Source: Mobula hypostoma (lineage: Eukaryota). Taken from it: a stretch of DNA of 64,000 bases. Of the stretch, positions 12,270-25,938 are shown piece after piece (positions within the stretch are counted from its first letter, which is position 1; each line of letters starts with the position of its first letter). The translations under genes and the position numbers were made by a program. The DNA is taken from positions 108,254,001 to 108,318,000 of the forward strand of contig NC_086107.1 in NCBI RefSeq assembly GCF_963921235.1, given 5' to 3'. The notes under the pieces were generated by a model. The model had not been told where the DNA came from and ran no database searches. It saw only the letters and a program-made list of their open reading frames with translations.

Positions 12270-12952
12270 TAGATTAGATTAGATTATGAGGACACTCAGT
12301 CCTTGTTTATTGTCATTTAGAAATGCATGCATGCATTAAGAAATGATACAATGTTCCTCCAGAGTGATATCACAAAAAAAAGGACAAACCAAAGACTAAC
12401 ACTGACAAGACCACATAATTATAACATATAGTTACAGCAGTGCAAAGCAATACCATAATTTGATGAAGAGCAGACCATGGGAATGGTAAAAAAAGTCTCA
12501 AAGTTCCGATCGACTCCCGATAGTCCCTGATAGCAGGCGGCAGAAGGGAGAAACTCTCTCTGCCATAAACCTCCAGGCACCGACAACTGTCGATGCATTG
12601 GAAGCACCCGACCACAGCCCACTCTGAGTCCGTCCGAAAACTTCGAGCCTCCGACCAGCCCTCCGACACTGAGCGCCGAGCACCATCTCGGCCGAGCACT
12701 TTGACCCTGTCCCAGCCGCCGAGCAACAAGCAAAGCCGAGGACTCGGGGCCTTCCCCTCCGGAGATTCTGGATCACACAGTAACAGCGGCAGCGAAAAGG
12801 GCATTTCAGAAGTTTCTCCAGATGTTCCTCCATTCTCTCACATCTGTCTCCATCAAATCAGGATTGTGCGCGGCACCCTACTTGACAGATTAAAGATATC
12901 ATTCACCGGATGGCCGCGCAAGCTGCATCACGCCGCCATCTTCTCCTCCTCC
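12270..12952 (-). mobile_element. Non-autonomous LINE-derived element with AAGATGGCGG 5' end and (CTAAT)n tail
   Basis: Minus strand starts GGAGGAGGAGAAGATGGCGGCG; CpG-rich body; AATAAA then a short tandem tail; partial copy at 5670. Confidence 0.65.
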
Positions 12953-13659
12953 TTTGTGGGCAGTCCTTCCCCAATTAAAGGGGCAGGAAAAGCTGCCTGT
13001 TTCTAAACGTTGCCATCTTCCCATCTCCCCTTTTGTTCTCGGCCTAGTCGTCCACTGAGATCAAATTTGGACCAAGTTTTCTATCCCTGACTCTCTGCTG
13101 TGGCCGTGACAATTTTGCATTTGCACAGCAGATTTCTCCTGCGATCACTGGAAGCCTGAATGTAAATTTAGAGTCAATTAATTCTTGTTTTGTGGCCCAC
13201 GTCCACCAGGATGGCAACTATACCTCACCACAACAGCCAACAGATAGATAAGGTTCCCATACCATCTGTCTAGCTGTGTTAGGTCCTGGGTCTCAGAACC
13301 AAGAGGGAAGCTTGTAAACAGAACTAATACAACTAACCCCTTAATTTTTAAATTCTCACCCATTTAGAGGGGACCCTTAGTGTGAAGGAGGCTTTTCCAC
13401 TGTTGCCCTGCCATAGCTTTCAAAAATTTAAGAGACGCAAGTGACAGCATATCCTGGAATCTGGCGTGACAAGTTATCTGCTGGAGGAATTTAACGGGAC
13501 AAGCAGCGTCTGTGTGGGGGAGGTGGTAGAGAAGAGGAGGGAAGGAATTTGTCCTGATGTAAGATTTCAACCCAAAACTCAACAATTCTTCCCTTCTCAC
13601 AAACGCTCTTAACCCACCGTGTTCCTCCAGCAGCTGAAAGGTGAGATGAAGACAAAAGT

Positions 13660-14465
13660 GGAGTTAAGATGGCGCTAACCGGCAACTCCTTTGCTTGCAT
13701 CTTCAGAAACAGCTTTATTTCCATCTTTAGTACCTTTATTTTTCCCGTTCAGGGTTCTTTTGAAGACCTTGACCTGGGGTTACACGCTGACTTCTTTGCG
13801 GGAATGGGACCCATTCCCGGGGTTTCAGGACTGGCTGTTGTACAGCGTGCCAAGGGTTCGGCCTGAGAGTCCGGCTCGGATTTGGAAGCCTAAGATCTCG
13901 GGGCTCTGGAGACGGGCGGATCGAGGGTCGGTGTCACGACAGGAGACCCATGTGTCGTGGGGGGAGTCAGAAAATCTACTGCTGTGGGCCCAAAGACCCG
14001 GGATCTTTGCAATCTTCAGGCACAGAGCTCGACAAAAGCGACGTAGCAGACTTTTAACATCATAAACCACTGAGTTGGTCGTTATGTCTCCCTGCTCGCT
14101 GGGAAAATGGAGACACCTCCTCCTCCCTTATTAGGGAGAGAGAGAACCTGCGGTATGTCGAATGCCGGGTGAAACACAAGGTCTTTGGAGTAACTGCAAG
14201 TCTGTGTCTTTGTTGTTGCTTTGTTTATGCTCGAGTGCTCAGATGCTTGCTTTTTTTTTACTGGTGGGGGGAAGGGGGGGATTGTTGCTTGCTGCCGCTT
14301 ACGCATGGGGGGGGAAGCCGTGAGGGGGAGACTTTAGGGTTCTCACGTTTAACTGTCATTCGTTCTTTGGGGCATTTCTCTGTTTTCATGGACGTTTGTG
14401 AAGAAAAAGCATTTCAGGATGTATACATTTCTCTGACATTAAATTGCACCTCTGAAACCTTTGAT
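13660..14465 (+). mobile_element. Non-autonomous LINE-derived element with AAGATGGCG 5' end
   Basis: Starts GGAGTTAAGATGGCGC; CpG-rich relative to the flanks; ends ATTAAA...CCTCTGAAACCTTTGA. Confidence 0.5.
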
Positions 14466-15904
14466 TCACTAATTACTAACTCAGTGGCATCCATGTGAGT
14501 TTACTATGTCAGAACCAAAATCAGGTTTAATATCACTGGCATATGTTGTGAAATTTGGTGTCTCTGTGACAGCAGTGCAATGCAATACATAATAATAGAA
14601 AAGATTGATTTAAGTTAAGTATATATATATATACTATATTAAATAGTTAAATTAACTAAGTGGTGCAGATATAGAAATAAAAAAGTAGTCAGGTAGTGTC
14701 CATGGATTCAATGTCCATTCAGAAATTAGATGGTGGAGGATGAAGAAGCTGTTCCTGAATCGTTGAGTGTGTGCTTTCAGTGCTTCCTCTATTTCAGCCG
14801 GTGGGGGGGGGGGGCACATTTTTAAAACTATTTTATCAGCTCTAGAGAATGAGGGGATGCCCTAAAGCCATGAAAGATGGGTTGGCATGTCCCTAAGGAT
14901 CCTCACAAATGTCTACTGATGTACTCGGTAGAGCATTCTGACTGGATGCATCGCAGTCTGGCATGGAGGCTCCAGCGCACAGGATCGTAAGAGGCTGCAA
15001 AGGGAGTATTAAATTTTTGTAAAAGTATTAGATGAAAAGCTGAACAGTTCCAAGTGACAGCTTAACTCTTCGTGAGCTCGCAATATGTAAGGTGTCTGTA
15101 CAAGTTAAACACTGTAGGTTTGTTAAATGTTTGCCGATAGCGGCTGGAGTCTTCCTTGGCCTCAGGCACAGTGGCATCAGGATGTCTGTCGATGAGCACA
15201 TGAGTTGTGTGAATGAAAGACACTATGCTGAGTTAGTGGCATGAGAACAAAACATCAATTACTTTGTCTGCCTCTGTGTGTCTTGCTATGCTTGTGGATT
15301 GAACACCTGTTTACTGAGTCACCTTTCGTTTGGTTCTTGGGACTTCATCTAGACTGAGGAATCGCTATCGATCAGTGTCTAGGGCAGACACAGGGTGATT
15401 TCATGAGTCAGAATTCAGAGTTCCCCCGACAACAGCAACAACCAAATCACCTGATGACAGCAACAACCAAGTAGAGGTTAAGAATCGTGAACCCTTAAAT
15501 GTTGTGGAAATCTTTGTAACTTACTTAGTATTTAGTGTGCTTTCTGATTTATAATAATAAATTAGGTTTACTTTGCTGTGCTTGTACGCTTATTACCGCA
15601 TCTTCTGGTCACCCGAATCAGTCTGTGCTTTTTGGGTCTGATCAACACAGCCCATTACACCCTCCACACGATTGAGGACATCTTCAAGAGGTGGTGCGTC
15701 GGGAAGGCAGTAAGGCTCTCACTATCTGGAACATGACCTCTTCACTTTAGTACTATTGGGGAGGAAGTACAAGAGCCTGAAGACCATTTTAGGAATGGTT
15801 TCTTCACCTCCCCCATCAGATTTCTGAATAGTCCATGAACCCATGTCCTACCTCACTATTTGTCCTTGCCACATTTTTTTAGTTTTATATCTTTTTTTTA
15901 ATAT

Positions 15905-16203
15905 AGGCATCCGTTAGTCTCATGAGACCATGGACTTGCACTTTGGAAAGTTTCCAGAGCGCAGGCCTGGGCAGGGTTGTATGGAAGACCAGCAGTTGCC
16001 CATGTTGCAAGTCTCCCCTCTCCACACCACCAATGTTGTCCAAGGGAAGGGCATGAGGACCCATACAGCTTGGCACCAGTGTCGTCGCAGAGCAATGCGT
16101 GATTAAGTGCCTTGCTCAAGGACACAACACGCTGCGTGAGCCAAGGCTCGAACTAGCGACCTTCAAATCACTAGGCGAATGCCTTAACCACTTGGCCACG
16201 TGC
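15905..16203 (-). mobile_element. tRNA-derived CORE-type SINE with RTE-like tail
   Basis: Minus strand A box GTGGCCAAGTGG, B box AGTTCGAGCC, then the CORE-like GTGTCCTTGAGCAAGGCACTTAA. Confidence 0.7.
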
Positions 16204-16259
16204 TAACTTATAGCTAATTTTTACATCTTGCCACAAAACAGCACATTTCACGACATGAT

Positions 16260-16715
16260 TCCAGGATTGGAATGGTTTGTCTTAGGAAAAGTGTTTGATG
16301 GCCCTAGGCCTATATTCACTGGAATTCAGAAGAATGAGGGGTGACCTCATTGAAACCCCTCGGATGTTGTATGGCCTCGATAGAATGGACGTGGAGAGGA
16401 TGTGAGAGTGCCTCAGTCCAGAGTTACAGCCTCAGAACAGAGGGCCATCCTTTTAGAACGGAGATGACGAGGTATTTCTTTAGCCAGAAAGTGGCGTATC
16501 TACAGAATTTGTTGCTGACTGTGGAGGCCAAGTCATTGGGTATATTTAAGGCAGAGGTTGATAGAGTTTGGTCAGGGCATGAAGGGATAAGGGGAAGAAG
16601 ACAGGAGACTGGGGCTGAGAAGAAAAATGGATCAGTTATGACGAAATGGTGGAGCAGACCCCATGAGCCAAGTGGCCTAATTCTGCTCCTATATTTTATG
16701 GTCTCATGGTCTTAT
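16260..16715 (+). mobile_element. CR1 LINE 3' fragment
   Basis: LGLYSLEFRRMRGDLIE and FRTEM..FFSQ motifs; TCTTATGG-type tail. Confidence 0.75.
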
Positions 16716-18559
16716 AATGGACAGCCAGTACCTTTTTCCTAGGTCAGTACTAGCCAATACACAAGGACATCAGATTAAGATAAGTGGAAGAAAGTTTAGG
16801 GGAGATGTCAGAGGTAGTTCTGTTACAGAGAAAGTGGTAAACATCTGGAACACACTGCCGGGAGCAGGGGATGGCGGGTAGATGTTAATATAATAGGGAC
16901 TTTTGAGAGATTTGTAGATTGGCACATGGAAAAAATGATGGGCAATGGACCTTGTAGGAGGGAGGTGTCAGATTGATTTTGGGGTTCATGTGTATAAAAA
17001 GACCAAATTTCATTACCTCTGTGTGTGATGATAAACCTGATTCTTATATGGGTCTTTGTTGTGGAATGAGAGTGGGAAGGGGGCAGGGAGAGGGGAATAA
17101 TGGTTGGGAAAAGGGGAAGTGAAAGGGTAGGGTGTGGCAAGCACCAAAGTGACCTTCTGTAATGATCAATAAACCAATTGTTTGGAATCAAATGACCTTG
17201 ACTGGTGTCTCAGGGCTGTGTGTGTCTGCACCCACGCCACCCCCTGCCCCTGGCACACCTTCTGTGCTACCTGTCCCAAATCCCTCCTGCCGTACTCCAT
17301 CCTCACCTTTCCACAACATAGCATAGTGGACCAAAGGGTCTGCACTGTACTGTACTGCTCTATGTTCTAGGGTCTAAACGTTTGTGATAACGAACCTGAT
17401 TCTATTTCTGATTTGGTTACAAATTTACTGACCTGAATAATGAATCTGGGACAGAACCAGGTTTAGATACACACACAAAAAATGCTGAAGTAACTCTGTG
17501 GGTAAGATAGTATCTATGGAGGGAAATGGGCAGTTGATTTTTTTAGGTTGGGACCCTTCACCTGGACATGTGCCGTTTAGAGATGTTGACTGTCAATTTT
17601 CCACCACAGATGCTACCTGTCCCATTGAGCTCCTCCAGTGTTTTGTGTGTTGCTCCAGACTCTAGTCGTTTGTGTCTTGAGGTTTGCATATACAACATAG
17701 AATATAGTCGCACAAACCATTTGGCCCCCAATGTTATGTCTGTTAGGGCGTATTCTGGAGTTATACAATATAGTAAATGTTAATTTCAACAGCAATCAGT
17801 CTTCAGATTTGAATGTGGATGGCAGATTGAGTTTAAAATGCAGCTTAGAACAATGGTCTTCCTAGAGCTCCAGACTGGGGTCAATTGCAAACCAAGAAAT
17901 GCCAATTCACCTGAGATGTCTGCAAATGCATGAATGCAACTCAGAGACGGAGGTGACTAACACTCATCTTAGGTGCGTTGGTGTGAAGATCTAGGTGTCT
18001 GAAATCACGTGCAACTCAAAGTAAGCATTATGAATGCATTGTAACTACAGAAACTGTTCTGTTGTTACCCTTGTTCTTTAACATATAAAATGTGATGTAA
18101 TATTAAGTCAGGGAGCCTCTTCTTCCAAGTGTGTCTCCAGTATGCTGCCTGCTTGATATGCAGAATAAAGACTTTTTCACCAGGTTCAGTGTCTCCTGAT
18201 GACTTTGATCACAATCACAACAGTGCTGACTATTTAATCTGCAATAAGGTCAATCTAACAGTTTTCTCCTATATGGCCATATGGCCCTCCATCTTTACTA
18301 TCATTTATGAGCTTATATAAGAGTTTTTTAAATGTCGCCTAATGTATCTGCCTTTACCACCATCCCTGGCAGCTTGTTCTACACACCCACCACTCTGTTT
18401 AATAAAAGGTTTAAAGAATCCTTCGAACCCCTATTATACTAGCCCCAGATGGCTGTGCTTTATGGTTAACTGCTTTGAAATGTGCCTTCTCTTTCTGGAA
18501 TGCACCTCGAGGCACCACGGTAACACAGCGGTTAGTGAGATGCTATTACAGCTCGGGGC

Positions 18560-18811
18560 GGGCTGGTGGCACAATGGGATCAGCGCCAGACTCCGGAGCG
18601 AAGGCTCCCGAGTTCGAATCCAAGTCGGGCCACTCCCGGGCATGCTTTCCATCCGTGCCGGGTTAAGCGTCAAGCTAGCCACTCGGCCTCGTAAAAAAAA
18701 AAGGGTTGAGTCAGGAACGTTCATATCGTGACCTGGTTAATCCGAAAGGAGACCAATCCTGACACTATGTGCCAGCCAAGAATGGCTGACTGTCTGGTGC
18801 GACATGATAAA
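18560..18811 (+). mobile_element. Young tRNA-derived SINE nested in a V-SINE, with TSD
   Basis: A box TGGCACAATGG, B box GAGTTCGAATC; AGCTCGGGGC duplicated at 18550-18559 and 18812-18821. Confidence 0.75.
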
Positions 18812-19541
18812 AGCTCGGGGCATCAGAATTCAAAGTTCAGTTCTGGTGTCCTCTGTAAGGAGTCTCTGAACGCTGTGAAATGTGTGGGTTTTCTCCCAAA
18901 GTCCAAAGACACACTGGTTAGTAGGTTAACTGGTCATGGTAAATTGTCCTGTGATTATGTTAGGGTTAAATTGGGGCTATCGAGGGCCTATTTCATACTT
19001 TATCAGAAATCTTTAAAAAATAATAAATTATATAAAACTTATATCCCAGACTTATGATATGTTTTAACTGTAGACGTAGAGGTGGGAAAGTGTATCCTGA
19101 CGCTCACCACTGCTGTGTCATTCAGTAAAATCTTTTATCTCAGGACCACTTTCTTGCTCTAATTCCATATCTCTTCATTATTCTTCAATACCTACAAAAT
19201 TGATCAATCCTTGGTTTGAACACGCTCAGCAACTGGGCCTCCAAAGTACTCCTGGGTATAGAATTACCACAGATTTTCTGCCTTCTCCTCTCTTCCATAG
19301 GCAGAAACACAAAGGCCTGAAAACACCTACCGCCAGGGTTAAGGGCAGCTTCTAGCACGTTATTATAAGAATGGTTCCCCTGGTCGGTAGGATGGACTCT
19401 TGACCTCACAATTTAATTTTTTATGATCTTGTATCTCATTGTTTACCTGTACTGCACTTTCTCTGTAGCTGTTAACACTTTATTCTGCATCTGATATTGA
19501 TTTACCTTGTACTACCTCAGTGCACTGTTGGAGTGATCTGA

Positions 19542-19545
<4 letters not shown>

Positions 19546-19580
<35 letters not shown>
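19546..19580. repeat. (TA)n microsatellite
   Basis: Visible directly in the sequence. Confidence 0.95.
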
Positions 19581-19583
<3 letters not shown>

Positions 19584-19612
19584 AGACAAGTTTTTCACTG
19601 CACCTTGATATA

Positions 19613-20174
19613 CACTAAATGGCCACTCGATTGGCGACACCTGAACGCCTGTTTGTTAACGTAAATAGCTAATCAGCCAATCATGTGGCAGCAACTCAAT
19701 GTGTAAAAGCATGCAGACATGGTCAAGAGGTCCAGTTGTTGTTCAGACCAAGGGGAAGAAATGGGATCTGAGTGACTTTGACCGTGGAATGATTGTTGGT
19801 GCCAGATGGGGTGGTTTGAGTATCTCAGAAACTGCTGATCTCCTGGGATTTTCATGCATGATGGTCTCTGGAGTTTACAGAGAATGGTTAACAAAACAAA
19901 AAAACATCCAGTGAATGGAGGGTCTGTGGGTGAAATAAAACCTTGTTAATAGGGGAGGTCAGAGGAGAATGGCCAGACTGGTTCAAGCTGACTGGAAGGC
20001 AACAGTAACTCAAGTAACCAGACGTTACAACAATGGTGTACAGAAGAGGATCTCTGAACACACAACACATCGAACCTTGAAGAGGATGGGCTACAGTAGA
20101 AGAATACCATGAACATACACTCAGTGGCCACTGTATTAGGTACAGGAGCTCCCTGATAAACTGGCCACTGAGCG
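19613..20174 (+). mobile_element. Tc1-like non-autonomous DNA transposon, copy 1
   Basis: Degenerate match to the family TIR CACTCAGTGGCCACTTTATTAGG; transposase HTH remnant DLSDFDRGMIVGARWGGLSISETADLLGFS. Confidence 0.85.
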
Positions 20175-20740
20175 GTTGTGACAATAATCAACCAGTATCT
20201 CCAATACCTCTCTGGGGGAAGAAATCTGTGACCCTTAGAGATTGTAATCCCTGGTCCAAAGTCAAAGTCAAGTCAAAGTAAATTTATTATCGAAGTACAT
20301 ATACAACCATATACAACCCTGAGAGTCATTTACTTGCAGGCATTTACAAGAAAGTAAAGAAATTCAATAGAAATAATTTTTTTTATTTACATAAACAAGG
20401 ACTGACAAACAACGAATGTGCAAAAAAGATAAACTGTGCAAAGGAAACAACTCTGAAAATCTGTTGTCGAGACCTTGAAAGTGAGTATGTAGGTTGTGGA
20501 ACCAATTCAGATTTGAGGTGAGTGAAGTTACCCAAGCTACTTACTTATTTAATTTAATTACTTATATATACCTACTGTAATACACAGGTTTTTTTTCCTT
20601 GTTATTATTATGTATTGCATCGTACTGCTGCAGCAAAGTTAACAAATTCCACGACAAATGCTGATGATATTAAACCTGGTTCTGATTGAAAGTGAGTCCA
20701 GTTCACTGATGGGGTGACTGAAGTTGAGCGAGGATACCCC

Positions 20741-21018
20741 CACACAACACACATAAAAGTTGCTGGTGAACGCAGCAGGACAGGCAGCACCTATAGGAAG
20801 AGGTAGAGTCGACGTTTCGGGCCGAGACCCTTTGTCGGGAATAACTGAAAGAAGAGAGTACTTTCAAATCTCTTACTAACTCTTCTTTCAGTTCGTCCTG
20901 ACGAAGGGTCTTGGCTCGAAACGTCCTAGAGATGCTGCCTGGCCTGCTGCGTTCAACAGCAACTTTTATGTGTATTGCCTGATATTCCAGCATCTGCAGG
21001 ATATCCTCGTGTTTGCAA
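20741..21018. mobile_element. Second Penelope-like (family A) inverted cassette with two hammerhead motifs
   Basis: Same layout as 4701-4965; plus arm has CTGACGA-AGGG-tcttgg-CTC-GAAACGTC; imperfect TSD GATA(T)CCCC. Confidence 0.75.
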
Positions 21019-21807
21019 AGATATCCCCTCTGGTTTTACAGCCTGATGGTTGAGGGGTTATTACTGATTCTGAACCTGGAGGTGTGGGACCTAAGGCTCC
21101 TGTACCTCATTCCTGACGGGAGTACTGAGAAGACAGTGTGGCCTGGGTGATGCTTTCTTGTGGCAGTGCTCATTGTGGGGAGGGTTTTGCCTGCGATGGA
21201 AGACCTGAATCCATCACTTTCTATACACTATTCCATTTCCAGGTATTGGTGTTTCTATGTACCAGAGGGGCAATATTAACTCTGCAGCTATCCCTTCAAG
21301 CTCCTTAACATGGTTTAATGTATTATATCAAGTAGCACTAATTTGCCATAATGAAAAGGGGAAGGAAATATTAATGAACGCAGTGGGAATGGGGGATCTC
21401 CAGCTAATCTCGCCCGCCGCCCTCCTCCCACATTCAGTCAGACTGACAGGAAGGCGGGAGCGCCGCTGATCTAGAAGAGCAGTAAGTGTGAGAGAAAGGC
21501 ACCAACAGATTGCAGTCATTAAATTTGCAAGCTCTGGAGGTGTCGAATAACATCTCCGCGGTGGCCTAAAGCTTCCTGCATGTTGCCCGACAACAGGAGC
21601 GTGCCAGCCTGAGATATAACTGACTCTGTGAGGTAAAATGTTTGACATCTACGAGCTTCAGTGTTCGGCTTGCACAGGCGACACCAGTCTTGGGCATTCG
21701 CGCGGAACACTCGAGGTCAGAGGAGTTTCACGCTGTGCTCACTTTTACAGGTCCAGATGAGGTGGACATGATTTACCATTCAAAGGGACTGAGTACATGA
21801 CAGTCCG

Positions 21808-23175
21808 AGTACAGTACTGAGGGAGTGGGACACTGCTGATGGGTCATTACTGAGGGGGTGCCGCACTGTCGGAGGGACAGTACTGAGGGAGTGTCTCACT
21901 GTCAGAGGGACAGTACTGAGGGAGTGCCGCACTGTCGGAGGGACAGTACTGAGGGATTGTCTCACTATCGGAGGGACAGTACTGAGGGAGTGTCACACTG
22001 TCAGAGGGATAGTACTGAGGGAGTGTCACACTGTCGGAGGGACAGTACCGAGGGAGTGTCACACTGTCAGAGGGACAGTACTGAGGGAGTGTCACACTGT
22101 CAGAGGGACAGTACTGAGGGAGTGTCACACTGTCAGAGGGACAGTACTGAGAGAGTGTCTCAGTGTCGGAGGGACAGTACTGAGGGAGCATCACACTGTC
22201 GGAGGTACAGTACTGAGGGAGTGGGACACTGCTGATGGGTCATTACTGAGGGAGTGCCGCACTGTCAGAGGGACAGTACTGAGGGAGTGTCTCACTGTCA
22301 GAGGGACAGTACTGAGGGAGTGTCACACTGTCGGAGGGACAGTACTGAGGGAGTGTCACACTGTCAGAGGGACAGTACTGAGGGAGTGTCACACTGCCAG
22401 AGGGACAGTACTGAGGGAGTGTCACACTGTCAGAGGGACGGTACTGAGGGAGTGTCACACTGTCAGAGGGACAGTACTGAGGGAGTATCACACTGTCAGA
22501 GGGACAGTACTGAGGGAGTGTCACACTGCCAGAGGGACAGTACTGAGGGAGTGTCACACTGTCAGAGGGACAGTACCGACGGAGTGTCTCACTGTCAGAG
22601 GGACGGTACTGAGGGAGTGTCTCACTGTCAGAGGGACAGTACTGAGGGAGTGTCTCACTGTCAGAGGGACAGTACTGAGGGAGTGTAACACTGTCAGAGG
22701 GACAGTACCGACGGAGTGTCTCACTGTCGGAGGAACAGTACTGAGGGAGTGTCTCACTGTCGGAGGGACAGTACCAAGGGAGTGCCTCACCGTCGGAGGG
22801 ACGGTACCGAAGGGGTGCCGCACTGTCAGAGGGACGGTACTGAGGGAGTGTCTCACTGTCAGAGGGACGGTACTGAGGGAGTGTCTCACTGTCAGAGGGA
22901 CAGTACTGAGGGAGTGTAACACTGTAAGAGGGACAGTACCGACGGAGTGTCTCACTGTCGGAGGAACAGTACTGAGGGAGTGTCTCACTGTCGGAGGGAC
23001 AGTACCAAGGGAGTGTCACACTGTCGGAGGGACAGTACCGAGGGAGTGTCTCACTGTCAGAGGGACGGTACTGAGGGAGTGTCTCACTGTCAGAGGGACG
23101 GTACTGAGGGAGTATCGCATCATCGGAGGGACGGTACCGAGGGAGAGCCTCAACGTCGGAGGGACGGTACCGACT
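21808..23175. repeat. 33-bp minisatellite, about 41 units, with higher-order structure
   Basis: Unit GGGACAGTACTGAGGGAGTGTCACACTGTCAGA; gives 11-aa periodic ORFs on both strands. Confidence 0.95.
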
Positions 23176-25514
23176 GAGTGTGAAAAAGATAACATACTGT
23201 ACAAATGCTAAAAGACATAAAAATCATGGCATTAGCTCCTCCACCCACCGAGTGCACCCTGTCTACCAACCACACTTCTGCACTAATACTACACTAACCC
23301 CTGTTTTTATTGGAGGGACAGTAGATTGACGATCATTGGCGCTGGAAAGTGATTGTGCAAATTGCTATGCTACCATGCTGCTGCAGTGCATGGATAAAGG
23401 CAAATTTAGGGACTGGGAAGAGTTTTTCAGTGGTTACTGAGTTGGTGAAGTGCGAGTCTATCATAACTCAAGTTACTGAGATGGAAGGAACCAGTAATCA
23501 GGAAGGGTAACGAGAGAGAGAGATCGACTGGAATAGTGGAACGAGCTGCCAGTGCAAGTCCTGCCTGCAGATTCAATTTCAATGTTTAAGAGAAGTTTGG
23601 ATAGGTACATGGATGGTAGGGGTATGGAGGGTTATGGTCTTAGTGCAGGTAAATAGAAGTAGGCAACTGAAATGCTTTGGCATGGACTAGATGGGCCAAA
23701 GGGCCTGTTTCTGTGCTGTACTTTTCTCTGACTCTAAATAGGGAGAGGTGAGGAGTGAGTATCTGCAGAAGCCAGCAATCTCCACTGCCTGTTCTAGAGT
23801 CTTGAAATGTTCAGTGGCTGACTGAACCTGCTATCTTTAGTCTGCAATTTCAAAAATAATCTTTCAGGGCTGTGACATTTAAGATGTGTTTATTTTTGTA
23901 GTTTCATAATTTTGCTTATTTGAGGCATTACACACTCAAACCAGCCGGGGAAAGGAGCAGGGGAAATCGAAACCATTGGATCATCTTTATTCTTCTCCGG
24001 ACCGTGCTTAACTCCTCGTGGCCAGTGAACTGCTCAGACGTAAACATCAGCCTCTGAGATTATTTCTGGATCTCAGAATGGTCATTGATTATTGAAGCAG
24101 GTCCGCAAAACAGTTCAATTATTGTTTTTGAGGAATACACAATGGTTAATGTGCAGAAGGAAGACATTCAGTCCATCAAGTCTATGCTGGATTTGTGTAC
24201 GAGAAGCTCAGCAAGTCTCACTCCTGGTGAAGGGTCTCAGCCTGAAGCGTCAACTGTTCATTCCCTTCCATTGGTGCTGCCTGACTTGCTGAGGTCCTCC
24301 AGCATTTTGTGAAGGTTGGTCAAGTATCTACTGTATTTAAGTCCCATACCCTCTCATTCTCCCTATTGTTCGTTCATTATGTGCCATGTCATGACATAGG
24401 GGATCGTGATTTTTCCATGACTATGATTGTTCTTGGCAAATTTTACGGCAGAAGTGGTTTGCCATTGTCCTTTTCTGTGCAGTCATCTTTACAAGACGGG
24501 TGACTCCAGCCGTTATCAATACCCTTCAGACGTTGTCTGCCTGGCATTAGTGGTCACATAACCAGGACTTGTGATATGCACCAGCTGCTCATACGACCAT
24601 ACACCACCTGTTCCCATGGCTTCACATGACTCTGATCGGGGGGGATAAGCAGGTTCTACACCTTGTCCAAGGGTGACCTGCAGGCTAGTGGAGGGAAGGA
24701 GTGCCTTACACCTCCTTTGGTAGAGACGTATCTCTGCCCCACCACTGCATTCTTCCCATAACCTTGAAAACCTTTCAGTTGTTTATTCGGTCACTTCACT
24801 CAGCAATACATTTCAGACCCTATGTCTTTTGTAGAATAGTTTACCACTGATGGTTATTTTGCCAAATGTGCTGATTCATTTTTTGGATCTTGACAGATCC
24901 ACTAAAGGGAATTGTGTTTCTCTATCCCTGGTCTTGTTGCTATGGATAAAATCACGGCAACAAGATAGGGGATAGAGAAAGATTATTCTCTTTAGTGGAC
25001 CCCTCGCACATCTTCTTGCGACCTTCTCTATCGTCAGCCAAAGAACTCCAATTTCGCAAATCTATCCACATAATTCAAGTCCTACTTCCATGAAGTTATT
25101 TTGGTAAATCTCTTCTGAAAACTTTCTAAAATACTTCAAAGATTACATCCCTTATTTCACCTTGATGCTTTGCTAACATTTCCCCCACAATCTTCAAACT
25201 TTAGAAGCAGTGAGAACTGTCACAGACCAAGGACATGTTGATGTACTGCGGTATGGGAAACGGATCGCAGATTTCCTAAAGTCTCCCACCCGGAATATGG
25301 GCAATGCTCCAGTCGTAGCTAAACCAGACAAGCACTTGAATGGTCAAGGCATAGGTTCCTTGGCTCAAATCCTACACCAGCATGGTAGTGTAATGGTTAG
25401 CAGAACACTATTGCAGCTCCAGTGACCCAGGTTCAATTCCCGCCACTGCCTGTAAAGAAATTGTATGTTCTCCCTGTGACCACGTGGCTTTTCTTTGGGT
25501 TTCAAATTCTAAAG

Positions 25515-25938
25515 CTTCTCCGTGGATTGTCACCTTGTCGCAGTGGAGCAGCTTGTGTGGTCCTGAGATCCCAAGAGCGATGCCGTCTGGAGCTATGCTC
25601 CTGGTAGGTTCACCCATGGCGGTAAGGTCGAGGGTGAGGTCTCTGACAAAGAACAATCCAACCAAGACCTCAACGGTGGAACAGACGGATGAGGTTACTT
25701 CGAACCCAGCTGCTGTGAAGGCGGATGAAGGCTGCAACAAGTCCATTAGCTCCAATCGTCGTGGTTTCCATGCCATTGGAATCAGTTGGTTGATTTGTGA
25801 AGTATCGTGTGCTTCTTGGAGTGCAACATCAAGTACACGTTAAACAAATACACGCACAGGTGTCTTCGCTCTGTGGGCCACTTCTTCAGAATGAAGACCA
25901 TCATGCTCGACCTCGAGGGATAGCCATGAATGAACGAA
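25515..25938 (+). mobile_element. RTE/Expander-derived short element inserted in a V-SINE, 11-bp TSD
   Basis: AAATTCTAAAG duplicated at 25504-25514 and 25939-25949; starts CACCTTGTCG...CCTGGTAGG-TCACCCATGGC; (TGAA)n-like tail. Confidence 0.75.

Noticed and set aside
18555..18630. tRNA gene
   Set aside because: The A and B boxes belong to a SINE head with a body, tail and TSD.
21808..23175. CRISPR-like array or repetitive protein gene (258-aa ORF)
   Set aside because: Units are contiguous with no unique spacers, there are no cas genes, and the context is a vertebrate intron. The ORFs arise from a 33-bp period on both strands.
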